Assembly (NCBI GenBank): GCA_965262915.1
Contig: OZ253564.1
Span: 4,320,001 to 4,384,000, forward strand
Reading direction: 5' to 3'
DNA from: Candidatus Spongiisociaceae bacterium
GTDB lineage: Bacteria; Actinomycetota; Acidimicrobiia; Spongiisociales; Spongiisociaceae
Length of the DNA stretch: 64,000 bases
This document shows, one piece after another, positions 59,693-64,000 of the stretch (position 1 is the stretch's first letter; each line of letters opens with the position of its first letter). The position numbers were made by a program, and so were the translations under genes. The notes below the pieces were generated by a model. The model worked only from the letters and a program-made list of their open reading frames with translations. It was not told the DNA's origin and ran no database searches.

Positions 59693-61684
59693 GTGCGGAT
59701 CTCGGCCATTCTCAATCACATCGAGTACGGGCAGTTGGCTTTGCCGGAGTTCCAGCGCGGCTATGTATGGGGACGTGAGAACGTTCGTAGGTTCTTCGAT
59801 TCGCTCTATCGCCGCTATCCGGTTGGCGGTTTTTTGGTATGGGCGACTCAGCCCGACCCGCAGACGGTACGCGGCGATTCAGCTAAGTCGGGTGTTCCGG
59901 TCACGTTGCTGTTGGATGGCCAGCAGCGGGCTACGTCCCTGTATGGGGTGATGAGGGGCAAACCGCCGGAGTTCTTCCAGGGCAACGCGAAGGCGTTCAC
60001 CGGCTTGTACTTTGATGTTCGTAGCGAGACCTTTGAGTTCTATGGTCCTGTAAAGATGCGCGACGACCCGCTCTGGGTTTCCGTCACCGAGCTCTTCCAG
60101 TCGGATCTGTCGGCTGTCGCTAAGCGTATGAGGGGCTACGTAGAGGATTCCGATGTCATGTTCGAGTACCAGGATCGCCTTATGAGGCTTAGTGGCATCG
60201 GCAAGAAGGATCTGCAATTTGAGGAGATCACCGGCGAGGGTCGGACCGTCGACGAGGTGGTGGAGATCTTCAACAGGGTCAACTCCGCTGGGACCAAGCT
60301 TTCAACCGCGGACCTCGCCCTTGCTCGCTTGTGCGCCGACTCGCCCCAGGCGCGCAACGAGTTGCGTCGTCTGGTGGGTATCTGGGGGCAGGCAGGGTTC
60401 GCTCTAAGGCAGGAGTTGCTGCTGCGGTGCGCTACCACGGTAGCGACCAATCAGGCTTCGTTCAGCGCACTTCGCGGTGTGTCGGTCTCGGAGTTCGCGG
60501 TGGCGCTCAAGAAAACGGAGCAAAGCATCGATTTTCTTCTGACTCTGCTCGGTGGCCACCTCGGCATTGATCACACACGTGTCCTAGCGGGCCCCTATGC
60601 CTTCGCCACGTTGGCTCGGCTCGTTTCTGACAGAGGCGGCTCCATCAGAGATGTCCATACCCAGCAACTCATCCTTTTCTGGTATTTACACAGTTTCATG
60701 TGGGGCCGCTATAGCGGCTCGACCGAGACACGTATCCAACGAGACCTCGAAGCGTTGGAGAGAAATGGGATAGAAGGCCTGATTGCTGAGATGACTCAGT
60801 GGCGCGGCAGTCTGGAGGTTCGGCCCGACGATTTTGCGAGTTCCACTATCGGTGCCCGCTTCTACCCTCTGCTCTACATCTTGACCAGGGTCAACGGAGG
60901 CCGAGATCTCCTCAACGGTATACGTCTATCACATGCCATGTTAGGAAACCAAAGCAAACTCCAAAAACACCATATCTTCCCCAAAGCTCGGCTCTACGCT
61001 GCTGACTACGGCGTCTCACAGGTCAACGCCCTGGCCAACTTCTGTTTCCTGACAGCGCAGTCGAACCAGTCGATAGGCGCTGCCGACCCGGCCGTGTACC
61101 TCGCGGACGCCGAGGCGCGCAACCCGGGAGTTCTCAAGTCCCAGTGGATACCCGACGACGAGACGCTGTGGACGGTCGACCGCTACCCGGAGTTCCTCGC
61201 CGAACGCCGCTCCCTGCTGGCAGCGGCAGCTAACGAACTGCTCGACGCACTACGAACCGGTCGCCAAGGCCAACCCCCCAACATCGCTACGTCCGCTGAG
61301 AGTCCCCGGCCGGGGCCTGCTCCCGACCAGACGCAGACCCTCGACGAAGACGACCAAGACATCGTCGCTGTTCTCTCACTAGCGGACGAACTCGGCATCG
61401 CAGCACCGGAACCGCACTGTGAGATCTGCAACGACGAAACCGGCGAAGTGATCACCGTCGCAGATATAGCCTGGCCACAAGGCATCCAGCCAGGCCGCGC
61501 CGCACAACCTGTGGCGTTGCTGCTCGGAGCGGACCCCGGAACCAAGGCCTCCCTAGGCGAACTGGGCTACCGCTTCTTCACGTCCAGACAGAAGCTCGTC
61601 TGGCACCTCGAAGAACTACTCGGTGTTGACATAGACGGCGACGAAGCCATCGGGGAAGTAGAGACAGAGACGAACAACGCCTGA
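59693..61684 (+). CDS. GmrSD-like type IV restriction protein (DUF262 + DUF1524/HNH)
   Basis: LPEFQRGYVW, LLDGQQR, FNRVNS; C-terminal HHIFP...ANFCFLT...N. Confidence 0.85.
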   Translation: MRISAILNHIEYGQLALPEFQRGYVWGRENVRRFFDSLYRRYPVGGFLVWATQPDPQTVRGDSAKSGVPVTLLLDGQQRATSLYGVMRGKPPEFFQGNAKAFTGLYFDVRSETFEFYGPVKMRDDPLWVSVTELFQSDLSAVAKRMRGYVEDSDVMFEYQDRLMRLSGIGKKDLQFEEITGEGRTVDEVVEIFNRVNSAGTKLSTADLALARLCADSPQARNELRRLVGIWGQAGFALRQELLLRCATTVATNQASFSALRGVSVSEFAVALKKTEQSIDFLLTLLGGHLGIDHTRVLAGPYAFATLARLVSDRGGSIRDVHTQQLILFWYLHSFMWGRYSGSTETRIQRDLEALERNGIEGLIAEMTQWRGSLEVRPDDFASSTIGARFYPLLYILTRVNGGRDLLNGIRLSHAMLGNQSKLQKHHIFPKARLYAADYGVSQVNALANFCFLTAQSNQSIGAADPAVYLADAEARNPGVLKSQWIPDDETLWTVDRYPEFLAERRSLLAAAANELLDALRTGRQGQPPNIATSAESPRPGPAPDQTQTLDEDDQDIVAVLSLADELGIAAPEPHCEICNDETGEVITVADIAWPQGIQPGRAAQPVALLLGADPGTKASLGELGYRFFTSRQKLVWHLEELLGVDIDGDEAIGEVETETNNA

Positions 61685-61833
61685 CTACGTTGCCGTACCC
61701 CCGGATGGCTATCAGCCTCCCACCAATACATAAATCTTGGGCTGCGTTTGGCCTGGTGGGGTGACCGTAGCAAATGGACGTTGTTGACACTTGGTTTGAG
61801 GGCCCACTTGGGCCGCCGTGCCGATACGAACGG

Positions 61834-61910
61834 CCGCCGTTCGGTCCCCGGGGACGGATCAGTACAGCCACCAGTACGTCGTAATGACCGTCCACGCCTT
61901 CGTCGACGAA
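61834..61910 (+). pseudogene. Truncated second copy of the DUF3800 5' region
   Basis: Matches 58766-58842 (50 bp of leader plus MTVHAFVDE), then diverges. Confidence 0.8.
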
Positions 61911-62023
61911 CCGCAGCAGCTCCGGGGCACGTGGCACGGGTGGCTGCTAGGCCGAGTTCGATGATGGGGGAGCTCGGTGGGTAATGGTGTGGCTGGGGTG
62001 GTTGGTGTCGCGCTGTTGGTTGG

Positions 62024-62575
62024 TCACCCGGTCTGGCGGCGGGCCTGGTCAGTGAACGAAGCCACCCCCGCCCTGCCGAGGGCTTCGAGCAGACCGTTCA
62101 GCGTTTTGGGAGCTTGCCGGTTGGCGGTTGCTTGGCTGTTGAGTTCGGTGATCACGATGGAGGGAGCCAGATCGAGTAGGTCTAGGAGGAAGTCAGCTGG
62201 GTGGATAACGTCGATGTTGTAGGGGTTGACGCTGGGGGCAGGGAAATCCGCCACGTTGAAGGTTACGATGGCGGCGGCGTCGGAACGGACCGCCGCGGCG
62301 AGGACGTGGCGGTCTTTGGGGTCGCAGGTCATCGAGTGCATGGCAGTGTGGTAGCCGGTGACCTCAGCTTGGGGGAAGGCGCCTTGCATCTCGGCGTGGA
62401 GATAGTCGACGGTGTCGCTGCGGATCCCTACCTCCACGAGGTTCCGGTGGAGTTCGGTGAGGATGTCAGCGGACCACAACGCCTGGTATAGACCGCGTTC
62501 GGCGAGTCGCAGAAGCGTGTCGCGTAGGTGGGCCGGGTACAGCACGCACGTGTCGAGGACGACCGCGCACGGCAC
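62024..62575 (-). CDS. PIN-domain toxin
   Basis: VVLDTCVL, WSADILTE, DPKDRHVLAAA and IVTFNVADF. Confidence 0.88.
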   Translation of the reverse strand: MPCAVVLDTCVLYPAHLRDTLLRLAERGLYQALWSADILTELHRNLVEVGIRSDTVDYLHAEMQGAFPQAEVTGYHTAMHSMTCDPKDRHVLAAAVRSDAAAIVTFNVADFPAPSVNPYNIDVIHPADFLLDLLDLAPSIVITELNSQATANRQAPKTLNGLLEALGRAGVASFTDQARRQTG

Positions 62576-62584
62576 CGGCGTTGC

Positions 62585-63049
62585 TCAGCGAGTTCGTTTG
62601 GGTGTTGCGGTCCGTTCGTACATTCCGCCTTCGTCGGCGATCTCGACCATCCGATCGAGGGAGTCCCGACGCTGGGTTGAGCGGTGCTGGCGGTAGGCGA
62701 GCACATCGGCGAGGCGAACACGACGGTGATGGCCCGGCCGCTCAAACGCTATCTCGCCTGACTCGAGAAGCTTCACGACCGTCGGTCGGCTGATACCCAA
62801 CAGGTCGGCTGCTTCCTGGGTTGTGAGACGCTGATGCACGGGAACAATCGTGACCGCCTGGCCGTGGGCCATTGCTTCGACAACATCGCGTAGCACAGCG
62901 AAGACCTCAGGGGGCAACACCATGTGCTCGCCGTTGGAGCCCGACACCGTCGCTGTCGGCTCAGCGCCTATCGGACCGAGCAGAGCGACCAGCTTGTCGA
63001 GCGACTCCTCGGGGGGCAGAACGGTACGTTCAAGCGTCAACGCAGCCAT
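62585..63049 (-). CDS. Excisionase-like HTH antitoxin partner of the PIN protein
   Basis: LTTQEAADLLGISRPTVVKLLESGEI...HRRV; RBS GAGGAGG. Confidence 0.88.
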   Translation of the reverse strand: MAALTLERTVLPPEESLDKLVALLGPIGAEPTATVSGSNGEHMVLPPEVFAVLRDVVEAMAHGQAVTIVPVHQRLTTQEAADLLGISRPTVVKLLESGEIAFERPGHHRRVRLADVLAYRQHRSTQRRDSLDRMVEIADEGGMYERTATPKRTR

Positions 63050-63284
63050 GGTGTGCTCCTCCTCAAACACTCACGATACCCCAAATCGAAAACATCGCAA
63101 GGGTCTCGACACTTGGGTATGTGTCCTGGCGTCGCTTCGGGAACAGCCACCTACACAGCTTGCCGCCTAGGGCTGAGGCCCTGTTCAGTAGTTGCACGGC
63201 GACGCTTGTGTTGTGACATCCGACCGTCAACAATCCGAATGCCCGTTCTGTCCGCTTCGCATTCCGTATTTCAACATACAGCCG

Positions 63285-63535
63285 GTCCGCCGGCGTTAGG
63301 GACGACCTCGACCCGGAGCAGCCCCTCGAGGAACTCGGTATGACCGATACCACCTCGGCGGGCTTGGCCAAGGAGGGCGGGCAGCGCTTCGGCTGCTGCT
63401 ACCAGATTGAGGTAGACGAGATGCCCCTCAGCTGTTGGTAGACAAAGGCTCTACTCATCGACCCTCACGACGGTCCGCAACCAACTCACTCGGAATCTCC
63501 ACATCGGCAATCCACGCAGCCGACAGGCTAACCAC
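63285..63535 (-). pseudogene. IS21-family istA 3' / istB 5' remnant
   Basis: ...EGR* overlapping ATG (63458) MSRAFVYQQLRG/[frameshift]HLVYLNLVAAAEALPALLGQA...HTEFLEGLLRVEV, like actinobacterial IstB N-termini. Confidence 0.7.
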
Positions 63536-63576
63536 GGTCGGCCTCGTCGGACTGCCGCTCGCACCTTGGGGCGTAC

Positions 63577-63684
63577 TAGAGATATTGGCGGAGTATCTCT
63601 GGTAACTCGAAGGTGAAACCCCCGATACCCAGGCGGTTCGGGTAGCCGCGAACCCTGTGAACCCTGTCGGATATCTCTGGTAAC
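63577..63684 (+). repeat. Putative recombination site R3 plus accessory direct repeat
   Basis: TAGAGATATTGGCGGAGTATCTCTGG identical to the R1 core; TATCTCTGGTAAC repeated at 63594 and 63672. Confidence 0.8.
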
Positions 63685-63694
63685 GGCCGATACG

Positions 63695-64000
63695 GTGCCC
63701 AACGTCCTGGCCCTCCCACACCGTGTCCCCACCCTCGGCCGAGCCGTCGAGCAGTTCCTAGCCGCCAAACCGCTGTCGGCCAACGGGCGACGCAGCTATG
63801 CCCACACCCTCGGGGGACGGTGGTCGGGAACCTCGGCGCCGAACGCTGTATGGGAGTCCCACCAGGCGACCTCCGCACAGGCAGCCAGCTCGCCAGACGG
63901 GCGGAACCGTCACAGGACCGCACTAGACTCAACAGAAATGTCATTCCTCACCGACAATCGAGTTGGCACTTGCCATCGACCGGGACGCCAGCATCGCAGA
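63695..64000 (+). pseudogene. Tyrosine recombinase N-terminal region, frameshifted
   Basis: MPNVLALPHRVPTLGRAVEQFLAAKPLSANGRRSYAHTLG resembles the integrase core-binding helices; similarity continues only after a shift in a G5 run (TVVGNLGAER). No catalytic domain visible in the window. Confidence 0.5.

Overview
High-GC actinobacterial chromosome segment; gene content and SLH proteins suggest class Acidimicrobiia (inference). Left to right: a nucleotidyltransferase TA-type gene running off the left edge; F420/LLM oxidoreductase and a dienelactone-hydrolase-like gene; a propionyl-CoA/biotin cluster (birA-like, carboxyltransferase, biotin carboxylase-BCCP, LpdA-like, methylmalonyl-CoA mutase); a class A PBP; a sirtuin; MoeB/MoeZ; a RES TA pair; a cell-surface glycan region at about 18-43 kb (priming GT, GT2s, SpoIID-SLH protein, a 2009-aa internally duplicated KfoC/PmHAS-like glycosyltransferase, two GT-C-like proteins, pyruvyltransferase, UDP-GlcNAc 2-epimerase, Wzm/Wzt); tkt-TlpA-DsbB; a DUF222-HNH gene with an SOS-box-like site; two acyl-CoA ligases; a RecB-like nuclease; gdh; and from about 57.6 kb a decayed island (portal remnant, DUF3800 plus RNA motif, GmrSD, PIN TA, IS21 and tyrosine-recombinase remnants). 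The most unusual signals are non-coding: (1) an IS630-ended miniature element in three copies whose interior is a promoter-structured RNA-terminator unit with structure kept where sequence diverged; (2) a separate, tetraloop-rich ~330-nt candidate ncRNA at 54.2-54.6 kb with its own promoter and terminator; (3) three copies of a palindromic AGAGATA-N9-TATCTCT site bracketing defence genes and lying directly upstream of a tyrosine-recombinase remnant, an integron/IRS-like layout. Also present: ~100-bp CTAG-targeting MITEs, heptamer tandem arrays after stop codons and short AT-rich patches. No rRNA, tRNA or CRISPR array was recognised. All family assignments are from motif recognition by eye, not database searches; several start codons were adjusted from the ORF track.
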